Virus record (IMG/VR): IMGVR_UViG_3300024252_000005
Length of the DNA stretch: 64,000 bases
Strand: one strand, 5' to 3'
Source of the DNA: a virus
Taxonomy: Duplodnaviria; Caudoviricetes
The notes below the pieces were generated by a model. The model saw nothing but the letters and a program-made list of their open reading frames with translations. It did no database searches and was not told the DNA's origin. The position numbers were made by a program, and so were the translations under genes. The first letter of the stretch is position 1. The number at the start of each line of letters is the position of its first letter. This document shows positions 36,394 to 46,603 of this stretch, piece after piece.

Positions 36394-37050
36394 ATGCCAA
36401 GATTATTTTTAGGTCAGAGAGAAGCAGATTTCTTTTCTGATATAACAAAAGAGATTATAAAAGATGTTGCTGGTCAAAAAATATATTACTATACTGTAAG
36501 AGAAGACCTGAGTGACATTCATGATGTTTATGAAGAATCACTTAATAAAATATTCAATCCACCTGTTGAAATAGAGAGTCTTGTTGAATGGCAACCTTCT
36601 GAAGTAAAGACAACTCAGTTTGGTCATGAGCAAATAAAAACAATCAGTGCATTTGTTCATAATAGAGACTTGATTGATAGAGGTATCAATATAAGACAAG
36701 GTGATTATATCTCTTATGGAGAATACTTTTTTGAAATAACTTCAGTTATCTATGATAAGCTAGCTTATGGTCAAGTTGAAAGAGTTGTCTCGGTTAAGTT
36801 GATGGCTAAGCAAACTCGTGAAGAGCATATTAAAAAGAAAGCTCTTGGTCCTACTTCTGAGTCTTACATTAATGACGATGCTATTCAAACAACATTTGAA
36901 CAGCAAAGAGGAACAACAGCATCTGATAAACGTCAATTAGTCGAAGATGGAGTTTTAGATGCACCTATAAGTGGACCAAAAAAAGTTGCTCCTGATGGAA
37001 CAAAAAAGAGTGTTAATGATATGGGTTTTTCTTTCTATGGAGATGAATAA
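36394..37050 (+). CDS. Neck/head-closure protein (T4 gp14-like)
   Basis: Follows the gp13-like gene; IHDVYEES...FNPPVEIESLVEW...IRQGDYISYGEYFFEI. Confidence 0.65.
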   Translation: MPRLFLGQREADFFSDITKEIIKDVAGQKIYYYTVREDLSDIHDVYEESLNKIFNPPVEIESLVEWQPSEVKTTQFGHEQIKTISAFVHNRDLIDRGINIRQGDYISYGEYFFEITSVIYDKLAYGQVERVVSVKLMAKQTREEHIKKKALGPTSESYINDDAIQTTFEQQRGTTASDKRQLVEDGVLDAPISGPKKVAPDGTKKSVNDMGFSFYGDE

Positions 37051-37052
37051 AA

Positions 37053-38273
37053 ATGGCAACAAGATTTGACAAACTAAAAGAAGATAACAACTCAATAGTT
37101 TCAGGCTATGAAGGTAATACGCATCCAGAAGATTATACAATTCCTTCTTGCGGTTTAGAAGATCTAGATTATGCTATATTCAATCTTTTCAATTCACAGA
37201 TACCTTTGTATTATGATCATCATGGTGAACAAAAAAAGGTCCCAGTTATATTTGCAACAGGTGAAAGATTTGCAATTCTAAGAAGAAATAAACCTTTAAC
37301 AGACAAAAAAGGTGCACTTATTCTTCCACTTATATCTATTACAAGAAGTGGTTTAGACAACGTACCACAAAAAGGAATTGCAAACAACCAAATGTTTCCT
37401 GAAGTAATGACAAGGAGAATATCAAGAGATAACACAGAATGGCGACAGTTAAACAACTTCGAAGGGTTCGAACATATAACACATACTGTCAAAAAAAATC
37501 AAACAGACTTCAATCTAAAACCTCAATTAGAAAACAATATATACGAAACAATTGAGATTCCGCCGGTTAAATATTTTGGTGCGACATATGAAATATCTGT
37601 TTGGTCTTCTTTTACGCAGCAGATGAACAATATTATAACGACAATAATGAGCGCATATACAATTAATCCCGGCCAGCAATTTAGAGTTGAAAGTAAATCA
37701 GGATATTGGTTTCCTGCATTTATTGAGTCTTCATTCAATCAAGATGCAAACTATCAGGACTTTACAGATGCTGAAAGGTATATAAAGTATAATATGACAA
37801 TGACAGCAACCGGTTATATTTTGGCACCTAACATTATGAATGGAAAAGTTGCTTTAAAGTCAATGATATCAGCACCTACGCTTTCTTTTGAGACTCTAGT
37901 AGATGACTTAGATGCATTTCCAACTGTTGGCGGGATTCCTGTAAATGACCCTAATGCTAGGATACTTGATGATTTGAGACATGAAGGAGATACTAATATA
38001 GCACAAAGAGTAGGAGCTGATCCTATTAGTTCTTTAGAGAGTCTACATAGCGGAGACAAATCAGGAGCATTTATAACAGGCGAATCTGACTTATTGCCTT
38101 ATGATGTTGTTGGTGAAAGAAGTAGTAGAGCAACAAAGAAGAGAAAAGTTTTGATTAAAGATAAAAACGGTGAAACTGTAACAATTAAAGCTGATGTTAT
38201 ATCTAATGGAGAAACAATTTACGATCAAAAGTATGCTGAAAAAGTATTTAATATTTCAAATAGAGATAAATAA
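37053..38273 (+). CDS. Tail terminator/completion protein (T4 gp15-like)
   Basis: Position between neck and sheath genes; KVPVIFATGERF...LILPLISITR...YEISVWS. Confidence 0.6.
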   Translation: MATRFDKLKEDNNSIVSGYEGNTHPEDYTIPSCGLEDLDYAIFNLFNSQIPLYYDHHGEQKKVPVIFATGERFAILRRNKPLTDKKGALILPLISITRSGLDNVPQKGIANNQMFPEVMTRRISRDNTEWRQLNNFEGFEHITHTVKKNQTDFNLKPQLENNIYETIEIPPVKYFGATYEISVWSSFTQQMNNIITTIMSAYTINPGQQFRVESKSGYWFPAFIESSFNQDANYQDFTDAERYIKYNMTMTATGYILAPNIMNGKVALKSMISAPTLSFETLVDDLDAFPTVGGIPVNDPNARILDDLRHEGDTNIAQRVGADPISSLESLHSGDKSGAFITGESDLLPYDVVGERSSRATKKRKVLIKDKNGETVTIKADVISNGETIYDQKYAEKVFNISNRDK

Positions 38274-38340
38274 TAGATAAATAGATAATATCATGTATAA
38301 TTAGATAATGTAAAAGATTTTAGATATTAGGAGTACTAGT

Positions 38341-41300
38341 ATGGCAGAGCAGACATTTAAGTCTCCAGGCTTTTTTGAACGTGAAATAGAAGTAATTAAA
38401 AGACCTATAGTAAGAAATAATAGTGTACCAGTTGGATTAGTTGGACCGTCTGTAAGAGGCCCTGCTTTTGTGCCCACTACAGTATACTCAAGAGAAGAAT
38501 TTATTAGAATATTTGGAGCACCTAGCAGAAGATTGCTAAGTGGACACGCAGCAGCAGAATTTTTTAGAAACGACGGCAAAGCATTAACATTTTGTAGGAC
38601 ACTAGGATCAGGAGTTTTCAACTCATCAACAGATAAATCAGCAGGTGCTGGATTTAAACTAACTCATACTTATAATAATAACACTGATGCAGAACCAGCT
38701 TTTGGCGCAGTAAGATTTATTGCAGCTCAACACACAGTAGTTAATCCAGAGTTTTTAAGTCTTGGTATTTTTAACGACAATGATTCACATACAACAACTG
38801 CTGATTTATTAGGAGGTGTCTTAGACAGTGATGCATCAAATGATAGCACACATCCTCTAGAAGGCATTGGCGAAGGCGGAGGTACTGCTGATTTTACTGT
38901 TGAACTAGTAAGAGCAATGATTTTTACTCATAAAGATTATACAACTACAGTTACAGCTAATGGCTCCGGTAATGATCATGTTGCTGCTTCAAGCTCTAAG
39001 TTTACTATATATCTAATAGAAACAGGTAACATTGGGAGCCCTGCAACTATTAGCTATGAAGTTTCTTTGGATCCAGAAGCTTCTGACTATATTGCGAACG
39101 TTTTAAATACAGATCCTCTTTCATTTGACGATAAAAAGCATATGTTATATGCACATTTCCCAGTTGACGCCGCAGTTGCTTCTGTTGGGTCAGGTAATGT
39201 TGCAGTTCTTCAAGGAGACAGTACAAATGCACCAAAGTTTGGTAATTTTTCAAGTAGATTTGTAGCACCTAAAACTCCTAAGTTTATTTCTCAGCCATTT
39301 GGCAAAAAAGAGTATGATCTATTTCACTTTGAGTCACTTGATGATGGAGCTTATGCAAATGAAAATTATAAGATATCAATATCTAATTTAAATGCAAGCA
39401 CAGATCCAACAAATGATTTTGGCACATTTACAGTTACAATAAGAGATTTAAAAGACACTGATGAGTCTCCTATAGTTTATGAGTCATTTACTCAGTGCTC
39501 TTTAGATCCAAATGCTACAAACTTTATTGCAAGAGTTATTGGCGATCAAAAGGTATTCTATAACTTAGATACAACTAATCTTGATGAAAGAAGACTTGTT
39601 AGAGAAGGATCGTTTAGGAACGTTTCAACAAGAGCAAGAGTTGTAATGAGTGACGATGTACTAAAGGGTGAAGTACCAGATACAGCTCTTCCTTTTGGTT
39701 ATAGAGGAGTTCCTGCGTTATTACTAAACACCGGTGGAACAGACAATAGAACAGCTAATACATTATTTACTAAAGGAAGAGCTGTTGATACCCCACATTT
39801 AGATCATTCTGTTTTACCACCTCTTCCTTATAGATTCAAGATAACAAAGGGAGACATTAGAGATGGCTCTTCATATAATCAAACATTTACAGGCGAAGCA
39901 TCAGCTTTAGAAGCTGTAAGTTTTGATTTACACTGGGGACTAATGCCTACAAGAGTTAAAGACATAAATAATCCAAATAGTGGCACAGTTTTCAATGAAT
40001 TATTATCTAACTACACTAAGTTCTTAGGAGCTGATGGTGATGTTGTAAAGACAGGCGCAATTGCTGACTCTCATAATAATAACAAGTTTAGTTTGGCAAA
40101 GGTTGCTTTAAACAAAACATCGCTTTCAGATATTACTGGAACAATAAACGATATATTTAAAAATGCTGTATACATAAGAAATGCAGATGTTGATAAAAGT
40201 ACAATATATGATTCTTCAAAGCACACTATAAAGATGGCTGCAGGAAGTGATAATTTAGCTTCTGAATTAGAAAGCGTAACATTAACAAAGTTATTATCTG
40301 AAGATGTTGTTAAGTTTAATAAATATAGTTTAGTTGCAAAGTTTACAGCACCTTTCTATGGTGGCTTTGACGGGTTAAACATTTTAGACAGTGACTCATA
40401 CTTCATGACAGACAAAGCTGCTTCTACAGAAACAGGAGTTGGAAAAGCAACAGCATCAGGATTTCCAAGTGGTTTAGCTGGAACAACTAACGCAGTAATG
40501 CAAGGTTCAGAAGATGCTAATAACGTTATTGCTTCTTATAAGAATGCTATAAGATTAATGACAGATGATTTAGTTGTTAATCATAATGTTCTTGTTGTTC
40601 CTAACGTTAGAGATCCTTTCGTAACAGACTTTGCAAAGCGAAGAGTAGAAGAATACGGTAAAGCGCTTTATGTAATGGACCTTCAGCAGTTTGATTCTGC
40701 TTCTACAAGAATATTTGTTAATGAAAGAGGTATTGCTTCAGGAAGAGCAGATGTTGATACAACTTCATCAAAGTTTGATACTCGTGAGGTTAATTCATCA
40801 TATGTAGCATCTTATTTCCCAGACGTAATGGTTCAGGATAGTGGAGATGATGATACAGCTGCAGAAAACAGTAGAAGATCAATCAGGGTTCCTTCTTCAA
40901 TTGTAGCTCTTGGTGCATTGGCAAAAACTGATGAGGTTTCGCAGCCCTGGTTTGCTCCTGCTGGATTTACAAGAGGAGCTCTAAATACAATTACGTCTTT
41001 GGATGTAAGATTAAACGCAGAGGATCGTGATACACTTTATGAGGCTCGAATTAATCCTATTGCAAACTTCCCTAACAAGCAATTTGTTATCTTTGGTCAG
41101 AAGACATCACAGTTAGCAAGAACTGCTTTGGATCGTGTCAACGTAAGAAGGCTCGTTTTGGAAGTGAAGCGTAGAATTGAAATTATTGCACAAGGTCTAT
41201 TGTTTGAGCAAAACAACAAGACAACAAGAGATAACTTTATTGCAAATTCTTCAGGTTCATTAGCAACAATTCAGTTAGAGCAAGGAATTGAAGACTTTAG

Positions 41301-41445
41301 AGTTATTATGGATGAAACAAATAATAACGACGAAGATGTTGACAACAACAGATTGAATGGTAAGATTATTATTGTTCCAACTCGAGCAATCGAATTTATT
41401 GCAATTGATTTTGTAATTACTAATGCAGGTGTTGAATTTCCCTGA
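38341..41445 (+). CDS. Tail sheath protein 1 (gp18-like)
   Basis: SPGFFEREI, GPAFVP, PWFAPAGFTRG, FGQKT, DRVNVRRL, LFEQN, PTRAIEFIAIDF. Confidence 0.9.
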   Translation: MAEQTFKSPGFFEREIEVIKRPIVRNNSVPVGLVGPSVRGPAFVPTTVYSREEFIRIFGAPSRRLLSGHAAAEFFRNDGKALTFCRTLGSGVFNSSTDKSAGAGFKLTHTYNNNTDAEPAFGAVRFIAAQHTVVNPEFLSLGIFNDNDSHTTTADLLGGVLDSDASNDSTHPLEGIGEGGGTADFTVELVRAMIFTHKDYTTTVTANGSGNDHVAASSSKFTIYLIETGNIGSPATISYEVSLDPEASDYIANVLNTDPLSFDDKKHMLYAHFPVDAAVASVGSGNVAVLQGDSTNAPKFGNFSSRFVAPKTPKFISQPFGKKEYDLFHFESLDDGAYANENYKISISNLNASTDPTNDFGTFTVTIRDLKDTDESPIVYESFTQCSLDPNATNFIARVIGDQKVFYNLDTTNLDERRLVREGSFRNVSTRARVVMSDDVLKGEVPDTALPFGYRGVPALLLNTGGTDNRTANTLFTKGRAVDTPHLDHSVLPPLPYRFKITKGDIRDGSSYNQTFTGEASALEAVSFDLHWGLMPTRVKDINNPNSGTVFNELLSNYTKFLGADGDVVKTGAIADSHNNNKFSLAKVALNKTSLSDITGTINDIFKNAVYIRNADVDKSTIYDSSKHTIKMAAGSDNLASELESVTLTKLLSEDVVKFNKYSLVAKFTAPFYGGFDGLNILDSDSYFMTDKAASTETGVGKATASGFPSGLAGTTNAVMQGSEDANNVIASYKNAIRLMTDDLVVNHNVLVVPNVRDPFVTDFAKRRVEEYGKALYVMDLQQFDSASTRIFVNERGIASGRADVDTTSSKFDTREVNSSYVASYFPDVMVQDSGDDDTAAENSRRSIRVPSSIVALGALAKTDEVSQPWFAPAGFTRGALNTITSLDVRLNAEDRDTLYEARINPIANFPNKQFVIFGQKTSQLARTALDRVNVRRLVLEVKRRIEIIAQGLLFEQNNKTTRDNFIANSSGSLATIQLEQGIEDFRVIMDETNNNDEDVDNNRLNGKIIIVPTRAIEFIAIDFVITNAGVEFP

Positions 41446-41485
41446 TATATAGATATAAAGATTAAATTAACAGGAGAATATAGAT

Positions 41486-44400
41486 ATGGCTGGACAAGGC
41501 TCAGCAAGAGTAACTCTCAGAGAAATAGATTTATCACAAGTAAGAGATCCGGAGCAATTGCCTCAAGGAGTACCAGCTGCTGTTGTTGGGCCTGCTAAAA
41601 GAGGTCCTGCTTTTGTCCCCAAGACATTTGCAACAATTCAGCAGTTTGAAGAGACTTTTGGCTCACTAAGACAAGTTGATCGTGAAAGCAACGCAAATAG
41701 ATTTGGTCCTTTAGCACTTAATGAGTGGATGAGAAATGCGCAAGCAGGAACTTTTCTTCGCGTTTTAGGTGTTGGTAGTGGAACAGGTCAAAAAGATTCT
41801 TCAGGACGCGTAGCAGGAGCTGGCTTTGTTGTTGGTGACAAGGTATCACATGATGCTAGCAATGATTTGCAAAATAACCCGCATGCAGCAATTGCTAATA
41901 CAGATGTTGTTGGTGCAACAAAAGCAGGAAGAACACATTTTCTTGGCTGTTTTATGAAAGATGAAGCAGGTAGCACATTTTTGCAAGATGCAGGAATTCA
42001 AACAGGAGGAGCTGCAGCTACTTTGGTTATTGAACTAGGTGCTCAACCTATAGTTGGTGATACAATTAAGCTCGATGGCGTTGATACAACCGGTGATCTT
42101 AATGGTGACGTCACTTTTACTTTTGGAGGTGAAGGAGGTCAATCTGCAATAGGCGCTAATGTTGTTGCAACACTTCAAAACTTAAAGAATAAAATTGAAG
42201 CAGACGCACAATTAGGAAATGCAGGAGCCCATCAAATTAAAGTAACAGCTGTTGAAGACGTAAACAGTAATAATGCATTAGCTAGAGTAACACTAGAGTC
42301 AGCATTTCCAAATGTTTTAAATAAAACAAATGACTGTGTTGCAAAGTTTAATATAAATCCAGCAGGAGAAGGTAATGACTTACTGGTAAAAGTTGGTGAT
42401 AAAACAGCTTCTGTGACTGGTGCTACTTTTAATTACGGACAAGAAGGTGGTAGTGGAGCAAAATGCGTAATCACAATTACAGATGTTCCTGCTAATAATT
42501 CAAGTTTAGAGCTTAAATCGTTAGACAACGACAATCTTGGAGGACTAACATCAGCTACTGTAGTTTATGCATTTAAAAGTGCATCTGTTACTGACGCTGA
42601 TCAAACTTCAGGTGAAACCGGAAGATACTCTTCTAATGAAACTAACTCTGTTTTTGTTGATGCTAGCGGAACTAAAGAACAAGCACTAGCAAATTTAAAA
42701 GCAGCTTTAGATAGAGCAGTTTCAAATCACACAGGAAAATATACAACATCTATTTCTGACGATGGACTTTCTTTAACAGTAATACAAAAACAAAAAGGAA
42801 AAGCTGGCCGTGCCGATCACTCTGGTAGCGCAAATGTTTCACTAACCAATCAAGTCTCTAACTTGCAAATAAGCGTAGGATCAGATGCAACTGATAGAAC
42901 TTCGGGAGATGCAACTGCAGAATTTGGAACAGGAAGAACTTCAGGTTTTTTCTTTGGCGGAGATAATGCAGGTTCTACATCGTTTACAATGACACTTACA
43001 GGTCAGCCTAATGATAATGATCATATAAAAATTAGAGCACTTGATAATAATCATTCAAGTCTTACTAATGAAAATTTTGTCTTTGAATCTGTTACAAATG
43101 CAAGTGGTAGAGTTAACGGTCAAAAGACGGGTAATCCAGGAGCTGCTCTTGCCTTTAATGGATCAGATCCAAATAATCACTTCATAACAGTTATAATAGG
43201 CGATGACTTACAAGAAACTTTGTATAATTTTAAAAATGCTCTTAAGCATTCTAATACAGTTAATACAAAAACTGACGTTACAGCTTTAGTAGATGATAAT
43301 AGTAACAGTATAAAGATAACATTAAATTTTGGAAATGGTAAACTGCAAAGTGTCCTTAAAAACGTAGTAGATATAGCTGATACAGCTACTTTTACAAATC
43401 CAGCTGGTGATACACTTACAGGCAACTTTGGTCCTAAAACAGTTAACTTCACAGGCGGTGGAGGTGCAGCAGCACCAGTTGTTAGAGGCATTCTTATGTC
43501 GCCACAAGGTGTCGTTCCAACAATAGACGTTACCGATGATACTTTTAACGGGACAGACGGAGGAGGCTTTGCAGAGTTAACTCATCTAAGGGTTACAGCA
43601 GCAAGTGGTGCAAATATCAAGAGCTTTGGATCAACTCAAGGAACTCATTTAATGGGTTATGAGCTTGGTAAAGTTGACATATCAAGTGATCAATCTTTTA
43701 CGTTGCTTCTTAACGGTTTTAGCAATACAGATGAACCTGCACAACTATCATGCTCTTTTAATCCTGAAAGTGTTAACTACTTCGCAAAAGTGTTAAATAC
43801 AGATCCAGAAAAAATTGAAGAAAGAGGTCACTATCTTTATTCACATTGGGATATTGATCCTGCAGTAGCTAAAGTAAATGTTTCTGGCGTACTATCAGCG
43901 GCAGGAACAACAACAACTGAAGAAAACGCAGCTTTCTGCTTGCACTCAACAGGAGCAAGAGCAACTGAAGCAGCTAACTCTCCTGCATTTGAAAAGTTTG
44001 ATACAAGATTTAGAACTGCTAGATCTCCATGGATTACTTCACAAAAATCTTTAGATCAAAAGTTATTTAGACTTTACTCTTTAGATGATGGTGCTGTTGG
44101 CAACGATAGATTTAGAATTTTAATATCTAACATTAGAGCAGGTGCAACATTAGAAGACTACGGTTTCTTTGACTTAACTTTAGAAGATTTCTATAGTGAT
44201 CCAGTAAGTGGAGAAGCTTTAGTAGCTTGGAAAAATTTAACACTTGATCCTGATAGCAGAAACTTTATTGGTAGAGTTATTGGCGATAAACACATGTATT
44301 ATGACTTCGATAGAGATCTAAGTAGACAAAGACTTGTTGAAGAAGGTATGTTTGAAGTTAGAAACAAATATGTAAGAGTAGAATTATCAGATGCAGTTAA

Positions 44401-45925
44401 ATCTGCTGACGTTCCTAAGTCTACTTTGCCTTGCGGATTCTCAGACTATACAGCATTAAACCTAAGAGCAAAAACTGGGTTGTTCGATGAATCAGGAACA
44501 GTTCAACTAGCTGGAACTACTTTTGACTCAATGCATGTAACACCTTTACCCCTAGTAAAGAATATAACAAGATCTATTTCTTCAACAGTAAAAGAAGCAT
44601 CTGACGCGTTGGCTTGGGGTGTTAAGTTTGCAAAGAAGAAGTCAGCAGCTGATCATAATGAATTAGGTGAAATAAGATTTAATCCTAGTATTAAGTCTTG
44701 GACGTCTTACATACCTGACTTAGGTTCTGATGCTGGTGGAAAGTTTGCGCTGTCTTCAACAGAAAAGTTTTCTTTAGAAAATATTGTTTTAACAAGCGTT
44801 TCAAACTATAGTGCTTTAGACTGGTCAACATCAGAGTATGCTAGAAAAGGTTCTTTGGGCGGCAAGAGCAATATTGTTTTAAGCGAAGCAGCTAAAGTTG
44901 GTAGAAACGTTAGATATCTTAAGTTCCGTTGCTTAATGCAAGGTGGATTTGATGGTGTTAACATCTTTAATAAAGATAAAGCAGCAATGAATTCAGCAGC
45001 AGCATTTAGAGAAGCAAACGAAGAGTCAACTGGCTTATTCACAGGACCAACAGTTGAGACTTTCAAGAGAGCAATCGATGTTTTATCTGACAAGAGTGCT
45101 ACAGAGTTCCAGTTGCTAGCAATTCCAGATATGCGTGAGCCACTTGTTACTGACTATGCAATTACAGCTTGTGAAAGCAGATTTGATGCAATGTTAGTTA
45201 TGGATATACAGGAAATAGAAGAGGGTAACGAAGTCATCCTTGATTCTGCAATAAAACCACACGTAGGAAATATTATAACTAAGTTTGATGCTAGAAATCT
45301 TGACACATCATTTGCTGCAGCATACTTTCCTGATGTTTTGACAAGAAGACCATCGAATGGTTCGCCATTACAGGTCCCACCATCAGTTTGCATGTTAGGC
45401 GTTATGAGTCAAAATGATACATTGGCTGATCCTTGGTTTGCTCCAGCAGGTCTTACAAGAGGTAGATTAAATGCAGTTAACTCAAAAGTTCAGATGAACA
45501 GAGATGTTTTGAACGATCTTTATGATGCTGATATCAATCCTATCTATGAGCCAGCTGGCAGAGCAGGAGAAGTTTATGCATTTGGACAGAAGACACTACT
45601 TCAAAATCAGTCAGCGCTTGATAGAGTTAATGTAAGAAGACTTTTGATTAACATTCGTAGAAGAGTTAAGGCAATTGCTAATACATTGTTATTTGAGCCA
45701 AATAGAGCATCAACGTTGGCAAGATTTAGTTCACTAGTTGAACCAATCATGGCAGATGTGCAGGCTAGACAAGGTGTTGAGAGATATAAAGTCCAAATTG
45801 ATACTTCTACAACAACACAAAATGACGTTGAAAACAACACGATTAGAGGAAAGATTTACTTGCAGCCTACCAAGTCTGTAGAGTTTATTTCTTTAGACTT
45901 TGTTGTAACAAACTCAATTGATTAA
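41486..45925 (+). CDS. Tail sheath protein 2 with a ~490-aa triple-repeat insertion
   Basis: GPAFVP, PWFAPAGLTRG, FGQKT, DRVNVRRL, LFEPN, PTKSVEFISLDF; 1479 aa. Confidence 0.9.
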   Translation: MAGQGSARVTLREIDLSQVRDPEQLPQGVPAAVVGPAKRGPAFVPKTFATIQQFEETFGSLRQVDRESNANRFGPLALNEWMRNAQAGTFLRVLGVGSGTGQKDSSGRVAGAGFVVGDKVSHDASNDLQNNPHAAIANTDVVGATKAGRTHFLGCFMKDEAGSTFLQDAGIQTGGAAATLVIELGAQPIVGDTIKLDGVDTTGDLNGDVTFTFGGEGGQSAIGANVVATLQNLKNKIEADAQLGNAGAHQIKVTAVEDVNSNNALARVTLESAFPNVLNKTNDCVAKFNINPAGEGNDLLVKVGDKTASVTGATFNYGQEGGSGAKCVITITDVPANNSSLELKSLDNDNLGGLTSATVVYAFKSASVTDADQTSGETGRYSSNETNSVFVDASGTKEQALANLKAALDRAVSNHTGKYTTSISDDGLSLTVIQKQKGKAGRADHSGSANVSLTNQVSNLQISVGSDATDRTSGDATAEFGTGRTSGFFFGGDNAGSTSFTMTLTGQPNDNDHIKIRALDNNHSSLTNENFVFESVTNASGRVNGQKTGNPGAALAFNGSDPNNHFITVIIGDDLQETLYNFKNALKHSNTVNTKTDVTALVDDNSNSIKITLNFGNGKLQSVLKNVVDIADTATFTNPAGDTLTGNFGPKTVNFTGGGGAAAPVVRGILMSPQGVVPTIDVTDDTFNGTDGGGFAELTHLRVTAASGANIKSFGSTQGTHLMGYELGKVDISSDQSFTLLLNGFSNTDEPAQLSCSFNPESVNYFAKVLNTDPEKIEERGHYLYSHWDIDPAVAKVNVSGVLSAAGTTTTEENAAFCLHSTGARATEAANSPAFEKFDTRFRTARSPWITSQKSLDQKLFRLYSLDDGAVGNDRFRILISNIRAGATLEDYGFFDLTLEDFYSDPVSGEALVAWKNLTLDPDSRNFIGRVIGDKHMYYDFDRDLSRQRLVEEGMFEVRNKYVRVELSDAVKSADVPKSTLPCGFSDYTALNLRAKTGLFDESGTVQLAGTTFDSMHVTPLPLVKNITRSISSTVKEASDALAWGVKFAKKKSAADHNELGEIRFNPSIKSWTSYIPDLGSDAGGKFALSSTEKFSLENIVLTSVSNYSALDWSTSEYARKGSLGGKSNIVLSEAAKVGRNVRYLKFRCLMQGGFDGVNIFNKDKAAMNSAAAFREANEESTGLFTGPTVETFKRAIDVLSDKSATEFQLLAIPDMREPLVTDYAITACESRFDAMLVMDIQEIEEGNEVILDSAIKPHVGNIITKFDARNLDTSFAAAYFPDVLTRRPSNGSPLQVPPSVCMLGVMSQNDTLADPWFAPAGLTRGRLNAVNSKVQMNRDVLNDLYDADINPIYEPAGRAGEVYAFGQKTLLQNQSALDRVNVRRLLINIRRRVKAIANTLLFEPNRASTLARFSSLVEPIMADVQARQGVERYKVQIDTSTTTQNDVENNTIRGKIYLQPTKSVEFISLDFVVTNSID

Positions 45926-45962
45926 TATATAGATATATAAAGAATTTTAGGAGATAAAAGAA

Positions 45963-46451
45963 ATGGCAGAGACACTTTCAGTCACGGAAATGATTCCAAA
46001 TAAGTTTGAGCCAAAAAGAAAGAATCGATGGATCTTTGCGATTGAAGGTATCGATGCCTTTCTTATTAAGTCAGCAGCTCGTCCACAATACTCAACAAAC
46101 GAGACAACTATTAACTTTATGAATAGTACTCGTTATCTTGCAGGAAAGACAACATTTCAAAATATCAGTGTTGTACTTTATGATCCAATCGCACCTAGTG
46201 GTTCACAACAAGTTATGGAATGGATTCGTACACACTTTGAGTCTGTAAGTGGTCGTAGTGGATATGCAGATTTCTATAAGAGAGATTGCCAGCTTAAAAT
46301 GCTTGATCCTGTAGGTACTGTTGTTGAATTATGGGATATTAAGGGCGCATATCTTGCAAGTGCAAACTTTGGAGATGTTAGCTACGATGATGACGGAGCA
46401 ATGGAAATCACAATGGATCTTAGATTCGACAACTGTGTATTGCAATACTAA
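45963..46451 (+). CDS. Tail tube protein (gp19-like)
   Basis: 162 aa after the sheath genes; FEPKRKNRWIF...YLAGKTTFQNISVVLYDPI...YKRDCQLKMLDPVG...WDIKGAY...LRFD. Confidence 0.88.
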   Translation: MAETLSVTEMIPNKFEPKRKNRWIFAIEGIDAFLIKSAARPQYSTNETTINFMNSTRYLAGKTTFQNISVVLYDPIAPSGSQQVMEWIRTHFESVSGRSGYADFYKRDCQLKMLDPVGTVVELWDIKGAYLASANFGDVSYDDDGAMEITMDLRFDNCVLQY

Positions 46452-46473
46452 TCATTTAGCAAGTTAACTTTAT

Positions 46474-46519
46474 ACCTCTTAGAGTTATGCAGATTAATCC
46501 CTGTTTTGCTTTAAGAGGT
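46474..46519 (+). terminator. Long hairpin after the tail tube gene (terminator or processing site)
   Basis: ACCTCTTA (46474-81) pairs with TAAGAGGT (46512-19), extended by GAGT/GCTT and an inner GCAG/CTGT; U-tract weak. Confidence 0.45.
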
Positions 46520-46563
46520 TGTTAGTATTTATATATTAAATTAATTTTAAAAGAAAACAGAAC

Positions 46564-46576
46564 CTACTTATAAATA
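46564..46576 (+). promoter_or_regulatory. Candidate late promoter (TATAAATA)
   Basis: Exact TATAAATA at 46569-46576, 28 nt before the ATG at 46604. Confidence 0.4.
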
Positions 46577-46603
46577 CTATTATAAGATAAAAACAGGTTT
46601 AAT

